Counted from the first letter of the stretch, positions 14,755 to 27,778 are shown. The stretch: DNA of 64,000 nt from Octopus sinensis (GCF_006345805.1 NW_021833058.1:22155-86154); one strand, 5' to 3'. Numbers and translations are program-made. The notes: a model not told the origin generated them from the letters alone.

Positions 14755-15301
14755 TTTTACTCCGACTATAAGATCTACGAAAACGTTCTATATGCGCGAG
14801 TCCATTGTTTTGAAGAGAATTTAACTATTATTTCCTAGTAGATCTAGCAACAGTATGACCGCTCTCTTCGCTTGGATTATGCTGATACAGATGCATGTAG
14901 GAGAGTATACACCTATGTGTGTATATATATGTATTAGTGTATGTGTGTATCTATTTGTGTGTGTGTGTGTGTGTATGTGTTTATAATGTACATAGATGCA
15001 CGGTTATATACTTTATATATTTGTGTATATATTCATGTATGTATATATTTGCGTATGCATATCTATATATAGGTGTGTGTGTATGTGTGTGCATTCGTGT
15101 GTGTGTTGGCAGTTTTATATATAATATTACAGATTGATAATATTGGGCAATCTTTCGGTAAACGTCTCTGAGTCAGTGTGCGACAAAGCCTTTCGTCTGC
15201 TCGACACAGCCGAGCAGTTAAACACACTAATACTCACGTAGACTTATGACTGACGTCATGTACGAATACCGAAACAATTGCCTAATAATAATTGTGAGAC
15301 G

Positions 15302-15535
15302 AAGGGCTGCGAGCTGGCAGAACCGTTAGCACGTCGGGCGAAATGCTTAGCGGTATTTCGGCCGCCACTGCGTTCTGAGTTCAAATTCCACCGAGGTCGA
15401 CTTTGCCTTTCATCCTTCCGGGGTCGATAAATTAAGTACCACTTACGCACTGGGGTTGATGTAACCGACTTAAGCCCTTTGTTTGTCGTTGTTTGTCCCC
15501 TCTGTGTTTAGCTCCCTGTGCGTAATAAATAAATA
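15302..15535 (+). mobile_element. Same SINE, monomer
   Basis: Head, core and tail B match. Confidence 0.85.
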
Positions 15536-15837
15536 AATAATTGTGTGTCGCTTCAGTTTCAATCAGAATACCACGGTTTACATGATCTTCGGCTCTACTG
15601 TACCATATTGGTTTCAAATGTTGGCACAAGGCCAGTAGTTTCGGGGGAGGGTGTAAGTCGATTACATCGATCTCATTGCTCAACTGGTACTTATTTTATC
15701 GACCTTGAAATGATGAAGGGCAAAGCTGACATCGGCGAAATTTGAACTGAGATCGTAAAGACGGACGAAATGCTGCTAAGCTTTTTGCTTGGTATGCTAA
15801 CCACTCTCCAACTCGGCGCCTTAACACTACTGTATCA

Positions 15838-16400
15838 TATTTTGGCACAAGGCAGCAAGTTCGGGGGAGGGGTAAGTCGAGTACCAGTGTTTTACTGGTA
15901 CTTATGTAATCGACCCCGAAAGGATGAAAGGCAAAGTCGACCTCGGCGGAATTTGAACTCAGAACATAGCAGCAGATGAAATACCTATTTCTTTACTACC
16001 TACAAGGGGCTAAACACAGAGAGGACAAACAAGGACAGACAAACGGATTAAGTCGATTATATCGACCTCAGTTTGTAACTGGTACTTATTTAATCGACCC
16101 CGAAAGGATGAAAGGCAAAGTCGACCTCGGTTGAATTTGAACTCAGAACGTAGCGGCAGACGAAATACCTATTTCTTTATTACCCACAAGGGGCTAAACA
16201 CAGAGGGAACAAACAAGGACAGACATAGGTATTAAGTCGATTACATCGACCCCAGTGCGTAACTGGTACTTAATTTATCGACCCCGAAAGGATGAAAGGC
16301 AAAGTCGACCTCGGCGGAATTTGAACTCACAACGTAACGCAGACGAAATACCGCTAAGCATTTCGCTCGGCGTGCTAACGATTCTTCCAGCTCGCCGCCT
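15838..16400 (-). mobile_element. Same SINE, chimeric trimer (two tail-B units then one tail-A unit)
   Basis: Head is near 16400. The 3'-most unit ends in the older tail (cccccgaacttgctgccttgtgccaaaata). Confidence 0.8.
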
Positions 16401-16876
16401 TTACTCTGCTTATTAACCATTATTAACTTTCGATACAGACTGTTCAATTAAACTCCAGTACTTTAATTTATCGACCTTGACAGTATTGAAAGCAAATTTG
16501 ACCTCAACTGGATTTGAACTCAGAACGTAAAAAGATGGAATGAATACTGCAAAGTAGTTTGTCCAACGCTCTAAACCATCACCTACCTACCACTGCCTAA
16601 CCAATTCAATAAAATTTATTTATTGTTGTTTACAAGGAAAATTTTTCGTTGTCAAAGTTGCAATATTTGCATATCGCCAGATATTAAATAAATAAAACAG
16701 CAAACGTATATAAAAATATGATAAAACGAAAAACATCAATAACAATAAAAGATAAGGATACATGGGCGATATTAATATCGAATAGTGATAAGTATAACCC
16801 GAAGAAGGGGAGGCCCAGTGATGTTGCGAATATATTATTTTATCAAAATGTAATAATGAAAAAGCGCATGCAATAT

Positions 16877-16930
<54 letters not shown>

Positions 16931-17239
16931 GTATGTATGCATATATGTGTGTGTGTATGTGTGTGTGTATATATACATATAAAAATATGAGATATATGTA
17001 TGTTCGTATACACACACACACATATATACTTATATACGTTATTTGTTGCTTAATCAGACTACCATTGGTTTCATGTTGAGAGAGATATCTCTAAACAATT
17101 ATTCAAGTATGTCACATCATAGATGTTTACATCCAAGTTATATAATATATATATATATATACAGTGTTTAATAAAATGAAGTAGCATGAAACGATTGTAC
17201 TACACTACCTTGGATATCCTTGTTGTTTATTTGGATATA

Positions 17240-17275
<36 letters not shown>

Positions 17276-17305
17276 TGTATGTATGTATGTATGTATGTAT
17301 GTATG

Positions 17306-17975
17306 TCAGGTCACTTTCGAGTGCTACTGGTAACATGTAACCCAGTACAACCTGTTGCATGGTCGGGCCGTCGGCGACTAAACCGGCAACCCCATCAAGC
17401 TTGCTTGGTGAGGAGGGTGATTATTGGACACCCTGCTGGATGAAAAACAAAATCCGTCAAAGGGCGGAGGAACTCTTGAGAGTCAACGGCCATCCGATAA
17501 ATGTGTATTTTTTTTTTCTCTTACGGCTTAAGGCTGTATCATGCACGGGGACATAGAAATAATCGGACTGAATACCCGATCGCGCGGTTAAACCATTGGG
17601 AGTGAAGGACTCCTAGCCTTTGTTAGGGCATCCTTCTAGGAGAAGGTAACTCAGGTAACTGGGATAACTCCGACATAAAACCTGCGGCTCAGTGGTTACC
17701 GATGATGTTGACTTGTTCTTCTTTTCGGATCATGGCTGCTGTTGCTTAGTGAGTGGGATTGACTCAGTGCACAGCCTTTCCTCACTTTAAAAAAATCTTC
17801 TTGCACAGGCATTGCACGATAGCAACATTGTTCATGATTGTTGATGGTGCTGTGAGTCTCAACTAAATGGTTGGCTGTAGCCTTAAAAAGCAAATAACAG
17901 TCACAATCGATCACAACACCAATAACAGTTAAGCTTCGTGCAATGGCCATACTCGATAACGAGGGGGCAGCCATC
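17306..17975 (+). mobile_element. Probable RTE-like LINE 5' UTR fragment
   Basis: ccttctaggagaaggtaactc-type motif typical of RTE 5' UTRs. No long ORF. Confidence 0.4.
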
Positions 17976-18218
17976 ATGTATGTGTATATGTACGCATAAT
18001 ATATAGTTGTGCGTGTGTGTGCACGCGCTCACACATACATACACACGCACACACAAATACACACATGCACGTGTGTATGTGGTGTTATCAGGTGGTGTTA
18101 TTAAACTGGACACCTATCTACCACCTATCAAAACATAGAATTCATGCAACGGCTTCTACACAATTTCTTATCAGCAACGTTCCTTCAAAGTTTTGACAAT
18201 GTCGTATAAAAGACTAGT

Positions 18219-18261
<43 letters not shown>

Positions 18262-18266
<5 letters not shown>

Positions 18267-18832
18267 CTTTATTCACCATAAGGTTGAGAAAAAGAGGGGA
18301 CAAAACAAACGTTGGGGTCAGTGTATCGAATGAGATGAAACGTATGAATAAACAAACAATTGAAATATATACAATTAAATGAGAATGAGCGAATAAAAAA
18401 AAATGAAGCGGAGAACGCGGTCGACCCCACAAACCACATACTCACACTGAAGACTTTGCTTTCTCCTTTTTTACATTCTCGTTTAAACTGGTTCTTTCAC
18501 TCGCAACATACTTGCAATAGACTTCCATCTTTTACGAAACACACTTTGCGATAGGCATTTCTTCTCCAGCCTTATTTTCCGTTTCATGTGGAAAACGAAA
18601 AAGTCGATTAGCTCAAGACTGGAGATTAACATGCCTGTTGCAATTCCTTTTACTCTCGTCTTCCATACTACTTCTTTCGCCATAGCAACTACCGAGAGAA
18701 AACAGGCTCGCTCCTCCCTATTCCGGGAAGTCGGCGTAACTATCTTAATTACAGATTCGCTCGACAGTTGTACTCTTCTCGAATGCGACAGCAGGTGTTC
18801 GACATAAGCCCAGAGTTCAGTCACCTTGGGGC

Positions 18833-18838
<6 letters not shown>
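18262..18838 (-). mobile_element. Tx1/L1-group LINE 3' fragment inserted in (TC)n
   Basis: Open frame QCPKVTELWAYVEHLLS...VAMAKEVVWKTRVKG...FHMKRKIRLEKKCLSQSVFRKRW resembles an L1/Tx1 ORF2 C-terminus. It ends gaataaagaaatac and has (GA)n on both plus-strand sides. Confidence 0.75.
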
Positions 18839-18899
<61 letters not shown>

Positions 18900-20879
18900 T
18901 CACAGACTGAAACCTTAAGCATTTAGAGTGAGCCGAAGGTTTTTAGCGGTGCGTTGTTCATAAGTAGAGTGTTATAGTCCGCTACTTTAGTAGGTCTGTG
19001 ATTGTGCTGGGACTGTTGAAGGGCAGATTGTAATGTTACACAATGAAGGACGCTTTTTATGTTACTGCTTATGTTTAGCCGCCACGAAGATTTGATACTT
19101 ACGTTACGTTAAAGTGACTCATGGTTGTATACTCCGATGCTTCATATACTCTCACTAATGACTCAGTGTAGTATAGCTTGGTACCCCATCTCTAATACTC
19201 TCCCTTAATATATAGTCAAATATTCTATTACTGTTTTCCCAAATATAACCGTATTTTCTGGTACTCTTCTCTTAATACTCACCTTCAATATGGCCCCTAT
19301 ATATTTTATTACTCTTCTAACATTCTCCCTCAATCTCAGAATACATTATGGTAATTAACTTGATGATGATTAATTTTTTCATACTATTTACAAACATATG
19401 AACAGTTGATGAAACAAAGAAAATTAATTGGCTAAAATATATTAAATTGTTTAAAAAAACCTGTCTTTGCAATGAATGAAATTTAATAAAGATTTGTGAC
19501 TTTGGTGTAGGACAAGAAATTTGTAGCAGAAGAGTATAATGAAGTGAATCCACCCCAATATATGTCTGGTACTGAATTGGCGTCAAATATAAGTCGACTT
19601 GGGGAAATCGATGGTTAGATTAGAACTCGGGATCTCATTTTAATGTTTTAGTTAAACAAGAATGGCGGAAGATAGTGGAGGCTTGTTTACGAAGAACCGA
19701 CTGAGCTAAAGATATTCAACATCAGGTAGCGTTATTAAAGTGGGAAATGGATTATGTCAACCACCTATCAAAACATAAAATTCATGCAAGGGCTTCAACA
19801 CAGTTTTCTCCTGCCAACGTCTCTCCACAAAGTTCGAGTTGAAGGCGATTACCCAAGGTGCAATACAATGGAATCGAACGCAAACTTTATGACTAGCGAA
19901 GCGAACTCTTAACTGCACACTGTAAGGTGCGAATATCCGTTACTCTAGCTTTTCTGTTGATCTCGGATGTACTAATTAATTACATAGCAAATTATTTAAT
20001 TTCATATGGTAAACAGAGCTTGAGAGAAAGTTAAAGAGTGCACGCATTAATAAATTGGTTTTTAATTCATCTAAAACGATTCTATTTCACATGTAATTTG
20101 GTCAGTTGTAAACCTCAGATATGTTTGCTATAGACTCTCCTGTTTAACACACAGCTCCATATTTGTCGAGGGCGACGAGTGGTGGGAGACGCGGATAAGG
20201 ATAATTGGATCAACACTGGATATTCATCAGCCCCGTCACATCCGTAAGATGAAAGACAAAATTAATTAAAAAGGGTGCACTGGAGTGGAGATGGGTTGTG
20301 GATCTCATTATGCAAAGAATTCTAGACCCCAGTATTCGATTGCTGTTTATTTTATTGATCCTGGAAAGATAAGAGTCAAAGACAGCCCTTGGTTGGATTC
20401 TAACACAGAACGTAATGAGAGTACATTAAAGGCCTTAACTCCCTCAATCCACCCACGACCATCACCGCCTCCTCCCACCGCCAGGGATGAAACTTAATAA
20501 TATAATAAATTAAATTAATTTCAGTTTGTAATTATAGCAACATACAATTTAGGTCAGCAGTGTTGTGTACTTAATGAAAACTTATTTTAAAATTATCAAT
20601 ACTCACCCCACTCAATAGATTGAATTTCGGTTGTTCAGTCCATGGTCTGCCCTCGTTTAACAGACTTATGATCAAAGTTGTTCCAGCTGTGACCATCCTA
20701 TATTTGTAGCGTCTGACATTAGACACTTTACTATGGAGATTATTTTTTGAAGTGTAGCTGGTGGGAAGTGGTGGTTGCGGCTTTTCCCTGCCTCTGAGAG
20801 GCAGGCAATTGTTCATTGACAGAAGATGGCTGGTTGAATATGTTAACAAAATGTTCATCTCATCGGTCTCCGCCGTTTC

Positions 20880-21330
20880 TGTCTGAGTCATGTTTGGACG
20901 TCATCTCAAAGCGGAAGAAGAGTAAAACAGAAGTCTGTGGACGACCTTCATTGTGTCGAAGAATCGTTTTAGATGTCCCTTGCTTGTAAAATTCTGAATC
21001 TAGCTTGCTTTCGTAATGAATCAGAAAGTTTGCATCTCTAGGATTCTTGCTTGCACTGTATAGCGAAGTTCATTGAAGGATGACTCCTTTGTTGATAACA
21101 ATCCACTCCAATGGGATCGGAGTCACTTCTTAGTTAATAGAATCGTATCTCGTCCTTTTCCTTGAATCAATCCTATTGGTTGTAAATGGCAGGTCGGATT
21201 TACTCAAGGCGAGTTTCCTATACGGCATCTTCGAAGAAGGTTTACTATTTCTCTGTTTTATCTTGTATTGATGGGTTTTTTAGTCATTTGCTGTTCACGA
21301 TGCTGAAGAAGGTGGACGAGATTGTGTAGT
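20880..21330 (-). mobile_element. Degraded RTE-clade LINE ORF fragment
   Basis: Interrupted peptide VQARILEMQTF...SKGHLKRFFDTMKVVHR resembles the RTE/BovB linker region. Confidence 0.55.
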
Positions 21331-21540
21331 CTTTGAGCTTGGAACTCAGAACTTCCAGACACAATTGTAGCCATCAATTAAGTGGCTTACTGTGAGGCTG
21401 GATGAACACCACCACACGTCACTTAAATCTGTTTTCCCATTCTAACACATGCTTGGTCTCTCTCTTCACCCCTTTTACTCGGAGCCACGTCTTTCTATTT
21501 CCTGAGACAAGGATTACAAGGAACTGGACTCATGACAGCG

Positions 21541-21589
<49 letters not shown>

Positions 21590-21608
21590 ATATTTATTTT
21601 ATAGAAGG

Positions 21609-21659
21609 AGCTTCTACAGGACTAGAACTGTTTCATTCAAAAGAAATCATCAGGAAGCT
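21609..21659 (-). ncRNA. Type I hammerhead ribozyme, canonical core
   Basis: AGCUUC-CUGAUGA-U-UUC-UUUU-GAA-U-GAA-ACAG-UUCUAGUC-CUGU-A^GAAGCU. Helix I is 6 bp, helix III is 4 bp, and the cleavage triplet is GUA. Confidence 0.8.
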
Positions 21660-21705
21660 TCTGATGATTTCTTTTGAATGAAACAGTTCTAGTCCTGTAG
21701 AAGCT
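21655..21705 (+). ncRNA. Mirror hammerhead copy with helix I one base short
   Basis: CTGATGA at 21661 and GAAACAG...CTGTA^GAAGCT are present, but the 5' strand of helix I lacks one C at the inversion centre. Confidence 0.5.
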
Positions 21706-21787
21706 CATTCTATAAAATAAATTAATTTACTCTGCTATGTATTGAGTACCTTATTTACTGTGGTTAACCCCGACCCAACCCGGGACC

Positions 21788-21861
<74 letters not shown>

Positions 21862-21866
<5 letters not shown>

Positions 21867-21940
21867 GGGAAACTACTATGTGGAAACCCTTATGCTAGAA
21901 ATAGATCCGCTATGGTCTTACCACTAAGAAGTGTTCTCAA
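21862..21940 (-). mobile_element. Short truncated relative of the 3' terminus of the 38-43 kb array
   Basis: ttagag...ctatgtgga...gcta.aaatag.tccg aligns with the array terminus and also abuts (AT)n. Confidence 0.55.
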
Positions 21941-24382
21941 GAAAAAAATTATATATATATATTTATATATCTGTGTATTTGTGTGTGAGTATGTATGTAT
22001 GTATGTATGTATGTATGTATGTATGTATGTATGTATGTATGTATGTATGTATGTATGTGTGTATGTATGTATGTATGTATGTAAGGGTACATCATAGTTG
22101 CAGACGGAAAGCTGACACCAGCGGTCACATGACACCCTAATTGCAAATAAAAATCTGACACTAACAGAAATGCTGAAGGCTGGAGTTAATAAATGAGTTA
22201 ACAAAAATTTTGGTCCTATGTAAGACACACATGTACACATACACATATATATGCAATGATATACATACGCACATGTATGAACGTATGTATGTATGCATGT
22301 TATGTATGTATGTATGTATATATGCATGTATCTATGTATGTACATATATAATATATGTATATATATATATATATATATTTGTATGTGTGTGTATAATAAT
22401 AATACATGAATGTATATTTATATACATATGCATACATGTACATACATATACATAATACTTACATATATATATACACTCACATATACATACTTATCCATAA
22501 CACATACACACATGTATACACACACTCACCCAAACATATGCATATGATACACACACATGTATATATAGCACATACACAGATGTATCTATTTGTTTCTATG
22601 CATGTGTGTATGTGTATGTTTGGATGTGTGTATATCTATATATCATCACTTGTGTTGGGGAGTTTGCATTGATGCAAAATTACCAACTACAGTGAAATTA
22701 AATCTCTTAAAACTAACGTTTGTAGTCATCAGAGACTCAATAAATCAGCTTACCGGTACCGTAAAAATGTACCACGTGATTATGTGACCATGTGACACGA
22801 GTTATTTGAGAAACAGCCATAATATTTTCTTTAATGCATTCGATGAAAAATTCAAGACAAGAAATACGTTGCCGATTTTAAACGTTGATTTAAGATTATT
22901 CCTGTTCATTTATAATATTTTTTTAATGAAATCCTCGGTGAATAATATTTAAGATTGACTAATAAATAAAAGCAAGATACCGAGGAAAATAATGGCGAAG
23001 TGTATTAGAAAATTTGTTATTTTGTAAAGTTTGAGAGAGAATTTTTAAAAAATTCGTGAAGTTTAAAAAAATGTTTGGCAGAAAATGATTTAAAATTGAG
23101 TAAATTTTGAAAAGTGTTTTAATATTTGATAAGAAATTTGAGAGTGGTTGATTTAAAGTTTTCTCACCCAGACGAAGTTTTTCTTAAAATATTAAATATT
23201 GTCGTCTCCTTACGGTATACGAACTTATCCAAATTCACAGAATTCAGTTAATCTTGATTTTAACGTATTTAATTTTTACTCTATTATCATGTATCTTTGA
23301 CTTGTACGCCAATAGTTCAAACACCTCTACCGTCTGGTTTTTCAAACCATGTGGTAGAGTTCACTGTCTTTTAAGTAATCTAAATTTTCTCCCAATTTGC
23401 TCATCACCTAGGTTTCTAACTAAGAGATACCCAGGCTGGGCTATCAGCCGCATAAATTCCTACCAGTCTCAAAGGATCTGCGGAGGGGATGGACACTGCT
23501 TCTCCGCGTCTAACTTATATGTGACCACCCCACCTAAAAAACAAACAAATAAAACAATACACCTACATGCACACCACTTTCGTTGCATGATTATCTCTAG
23601 ACATTAAACGGTGTTTATTTTTAATTTGAGGAAAAGAGAAATTAAGAGAATAAAGGTAAAAGAGAGAGTGAGTGGGAAAGAGAGAAAGAGTAAGAGATAA
23701 AAAGAGAGATAGAGGGAAAGAGAGAGAGAGAGAGAGCAAGAGAGAGTAAGAGAGAAGGATAGGGAGAGAATAGATAAAATAAAGATTAAGGGGAGAATAG
23801 AAAGTGAGAAGAGAACAGAGAAAGAGGGGAAAGAATGGAGAGAGAGAGAGAGAGTGAGAGAGAAAGAGAGAGAAAGGAAATGGAGTGTGATGGGAGGTAA
23901 AGAGAAAGGTAAGGTGATAGAATAGAGAGAAGAAATTGTCTCTGGTGCTGACCCATTTAATGCAATAATGAGACAAAAGATTTTAAATAATTAAGGAGCC
24001 ATTTTGTGGAGGAAGTCACTCTTTAGTTTAATTATTAAATCTGGTGAAGAAAGACAAGGAAATTAACTAAAATTTTGCCAAAATTCTAGACATGCAATGG
24101 AAATGAGTTCGATCTTTGGTAAGTACGAGGATAACTTCATATTTTAGTTGTATAAGTGAATTACTGTGTTCACTTGAAAGATCTAGAAATGACTGAGTTA
24201 TATACAAAAGGAGTTGGAGGGAGTAAACACTAATAGATGTGAAAAATTGAAAAAATAATAATTAGGGGCATTTATTCCAGGTCAACTTCTGTACAGAAAA
24301 AAAAAATTGTTAAGATATTGTTAATATACTGGAAAATGCAGTTAATTTATTTTTACAAATGAATGCAAACTCTTTATACATG

Positions 24383-24793
24383 AGGCGCAGGAGTGGCTGT
24401 GTGGTAAGTAGCTTACTAACCTACCTCATGGTTCCGGGTTCAGTCCCACTGCGTGGCATCTTGGGCAGGTGTCTTATGCTATAGCCCCGGGCTGACTAAT
24501 GCCTTGTGAGCGGATTTGGTAGACGGAAACTGAAAGAAGCCTGTCGTATATATGTATATATATATATATGTATGTGTGTGTGTTTGTGTGTCTGTGTTTG
24601 TTCCCCTAGCATTGCTTGACAACCAATGCTGGTGTGTTTACGTCCCCGTAACTTACCGGTTCGGCAAAAGAGCCCGATAGAATAAGTACTAGGGTTACAA
24701 AGAATAAGTCCTGGGGTCGATTTGCTCGACTAAAGGCGGTGCTCCAGCATGGCCTCAGTCAAATGACTGAAACAAGTAAAAGAGTAAAAGAGT
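24383..24793 (+). mobile_element. CORE-like SINE with internal (TA)n(TG)n and (AAAAGAGT)n tail, full length
   Basis: tRNA-like head, then CORE-like gtggcatcttgggcaggtgtctt, then microsatellite, then 3' half ...ggcggtgctccagcatggcc...aagtaaaagagtaaaagagt. Confidence 0.85.
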
Positions 24794-25089
24794 ATATCTA
24801 TCAGTCATTTTAATGTCCGGCAAGTAAAGGCTAAACTTCAGTGAGGAGGTCTTAATAAAACACGATTGAACCACGCTCGGAGTCGTCACGATAATCCTTT
24901 CTACTATAGGCACAGGACCTGAAATTTTGGGGCAGGGGCCAGTCGATTAGGTCGACCCTAGTACGCAACTGGTACTTAATTTATCGACTCTGAAAGGACG
25001 AAAGGCAAAGTCGACCTCGGCTGAAGTTGAACTCAGAACGCAGCGACGAGCGAAATACCGCTAAGCATTCCGTCAAGCGTGCTAAAGAT

Positions 25090-25508
25090 ACTTATTTCTT
25101 TACTACCCACAAGGGGCTAAACACAGAGGGGACAAACAAGGACAGACATAGGTATTAAGTCGATTACATCGACCCCAATGCGTAACTGGTACTTAATTTA
25201 TCGACCCCGAAAGGATGAAAGGCAAAGTCGACCTCAGCGGAATTGGAACTCAGAACGTAACAGCAGACGAAATACCTATTTCTTTATTGCCCATAAGGGG
25301 CTAAACATAGAGGGTACAAACAAGGACAGACATAGGTAATAAGTCGATTACATTGACCCCAGTGCGAAACTGGTATTTATTTAATCGAGCCCGAAAGGAT
25401 GAAAGGCAAAGTCGACCTCGGCGGAATTTGAACTCAGAACGTAACGGCAGACGAAATACGGCTAAGCATTTCGCCCGGCGTGCTAACGATTCTGCCAGCT
25501 CACCGCCT
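25090..25508 (-). mobile_element. Same SINE, dimer, joined to an older 5'-truncated copy at 24895-25089
   Basis: Direct reading. The older copy starts inside its own head at atctttagc. Confidence 0.85.
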
Positions 25509-25987
25509 TGGACTTGTCACAATAACGACAATGACCAGAGTTGGCCTGTGTGCGTCTAGATTTAGTTTTTGATCGGTTGTCTCCCCTTTTTGATAGTAAT
25601 TGATCATTAAGCTAAAGGATTTAATTCCTCACCGCATCAAGTACGTTAGCGCAATGGCTTTTCTTCTGCAGAAAAACTCCCTTATTGACCCTTCCTCTGT
25701 CATTGAATATAATCTAGTCAAGAAGAGGAGGGGACAATACCTCCAAGCTTTGCAGGATCTTTGAGACTGGTGGATTCCATACAAGTTTTTTGGAATTTCC
25801 CGAGTGTTGATAGAAGCGGGATTGACCAAAGGGTTAATGTGGGTTGCCTTAAGACGTAGTAAGGTTGGTGAAAAGAAGGTAGATCTAATGGAGATGTTAT
25901 CCTACTAGTCAGTTCAGAAAAGCAAAGGCTGTTGTAAGACCAGTGTAATAGGTAGGTAGGTGGGTAGGTAGGTAGGTAGAGAGAAGA

Positions 25988-26222
25988 AGGCGGTGAGCTG
26001 GCAGAATCGTTCGCACCCCGGGCGAAATGCTTAGCGGTATTTCGTCTGCCGTTACGTTCTGAGTTTAAATTCTGCCGGGGTCGACTCTGCCTTTCATCCT
26101 TTCGGGGTCGATAAATTAAGTACCTGTTTCGCACTGGGGTCGATGTAATCGACTTAATCCGTTCGTCTGTCCTTGTTTGTCCTCTCTGTGTTTAGCCCCT
26201 TGTGGGTAGTAAAGAAATAGGT
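25988..26222 (+). mobile_element. Same SINE, monomer
   Basis: Head, core and tail B match. Confidence 0.85.
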
Positions 26223-26286
<64 letters not shown>

Positions 26287-26905
26287 CGAGTCTGGGAGTC
26301 GGAAGGAGTAGAATGTTGATGAGTTTTTGCCTACCAGTCGGATGCCCTTTTTCAGATGCACTCTTGTGTATTTATGTGTACAGGAGCACCGGCTCTAATA
26401 GGGCTAGAAGCCTTTAAGGCGGGTGTTTACTTGTCATTTACAGCGTAGTCAGCAAGCGACCCAAAACTGAGAAGTGGTCATAAAAAAGAAGGAACAAAGT
26501 CACGAAACATGAGTCATAAGTCGCTGCCAAGAAGAATGCCATTAACTTACCTCTATAGAAACATTAACTTCACTCAGGCCACACGCACACACAACCCATC
26601 CACCTACACACACATGCACTCACAAACACACACACAAGCACACACACACACACCCTACCGTTCCTTTCATTTAATGTGCTCACTCATTTAGTCTGCAAAT
26701 ACATATATATAGACGTCCACACATACTCCAATATACCTCTTATCCACTTCATTTCGCCTCATCCACTTCATTTCCGCTTCATCTAAACATTGTTACGACA
26801 CTTTGATTCCCTAATCTTGATTCTTCCCCGATAAAAAACAATTTCTTCCCTAAACTAATTCCTGATCGCCTGATACTCCATTAATTTTACAAATAAGTCT
26901 ACTAT

Positions 26906-27210
26906 ATGGCCTAGTGGTTAGAGCAGCGGACTCCCGGTCAAGGGATTGCAGGTTCGAATCTCATACCGGGCGATGTGTGTGTTTATGAGCGAAACACCTA
27001 AGCTCCACGAGGCTCCGGCAGAAGGTGACGGCGAACTTCTGCTGACTCTTTCGCCACAACTTTCTCTCACTCTTTCCTCCTGCATCTTGCAGCTCACCTG
27101 CGACGGACTGGCGTCCCGTCCAAGTGGGGAACCTATACGCTAAGGAAACCGGGAAATCGGCCCCTATGAACCAGGCAGGGCTCGAGAAGGAACAAATAAA
27201 TAAAATAAAC
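26906..27210 (+). mobile_element. tRNA-derived SINE (OR-like head), tail 1 (V-domain-like)
   Basis: atggcctagtggttagagcagcggactc head. The tail contains gcgacggactggcgtcccgtcc. Confidence 0.75.
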
Positions 27211-27260
27211 AAACTTTCCCTTTTCTAATTTTTCTTTGCTCCCCATTTTTCTCCCCTTAC

Positions 27261-27295
27261 GGTTGATGATAGCACAGCACCCGAAACGTCAACTC
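27261..27295 (+). ncRNA. Degenerate minimal (Penelope-type) hammerhead remnant
   Basis: ggtt-gatga...c-GAAAC-GTC-aact. Helix III is the loop-less ACGT palindrome and the core lacks CU. Confidence 0.3.
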
Positions 27296-27778
27296 GTCTT
27301 TCTTTGCTTCCACACTGTTAAATAAATTAAGTGCACTTCGTCCGGCGCTTCTGTTTTCTTTTTTTATTTCTCCAGGACACACAGACAGACAAGTAAAAGT
27401 GCAAAGTAGACAAAGGTACGTAGAGACCAGGGCGAAAGAGAAGCGTTTACGTTAGTGCTTGGTTGAAAGCAGGTTACTTTGATGTTTTATCGCCCAAGGT
27501 GGTGTCATATGACGACGTATGGAGAGATAATAATTTACTGAAGTCATGTACCTGACACACCCTCTGAAAACTGTTGGAGGGGGTAATAGTAGAAGGGTTG
27601 GTGGTAGGTGGAGGGATAGAATAGAGGGAGAGGAGGGGACAGTGGTAGGCGGGGAAGTGCTGTAAGAAGAGAGAGTAGTAAGAGGAGAGAGTAGCAGGAA
27701 AATTAATCTCGTGAGATACGGTGAATATTGGAAAGAGAGAAATATATGTATGTGTATGTGTGTACGTGTGTATACGTG

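Larger units (their letters stand above)
21593..21791 (+). mobile_element. Penelope-like element 3' remnant with inverted duplicated hammerhead region and (AT)n tail
   Basis: 21593-21721 is a near-perfect palindrome (arms ~60 bp). A unique tail follows to 21791, then (AT)n. (AT)n also lies on the left. Confidence 0.7.

Noticed and set aside
17306-17400. HDV-like ribozyme at the 5' end of the RTE-like fragment
   Set aside because: A J4/2-like gaCTAAa is present, but I could not build P1, P1.1 and P3 by eye. A covariance-model search would be needed.
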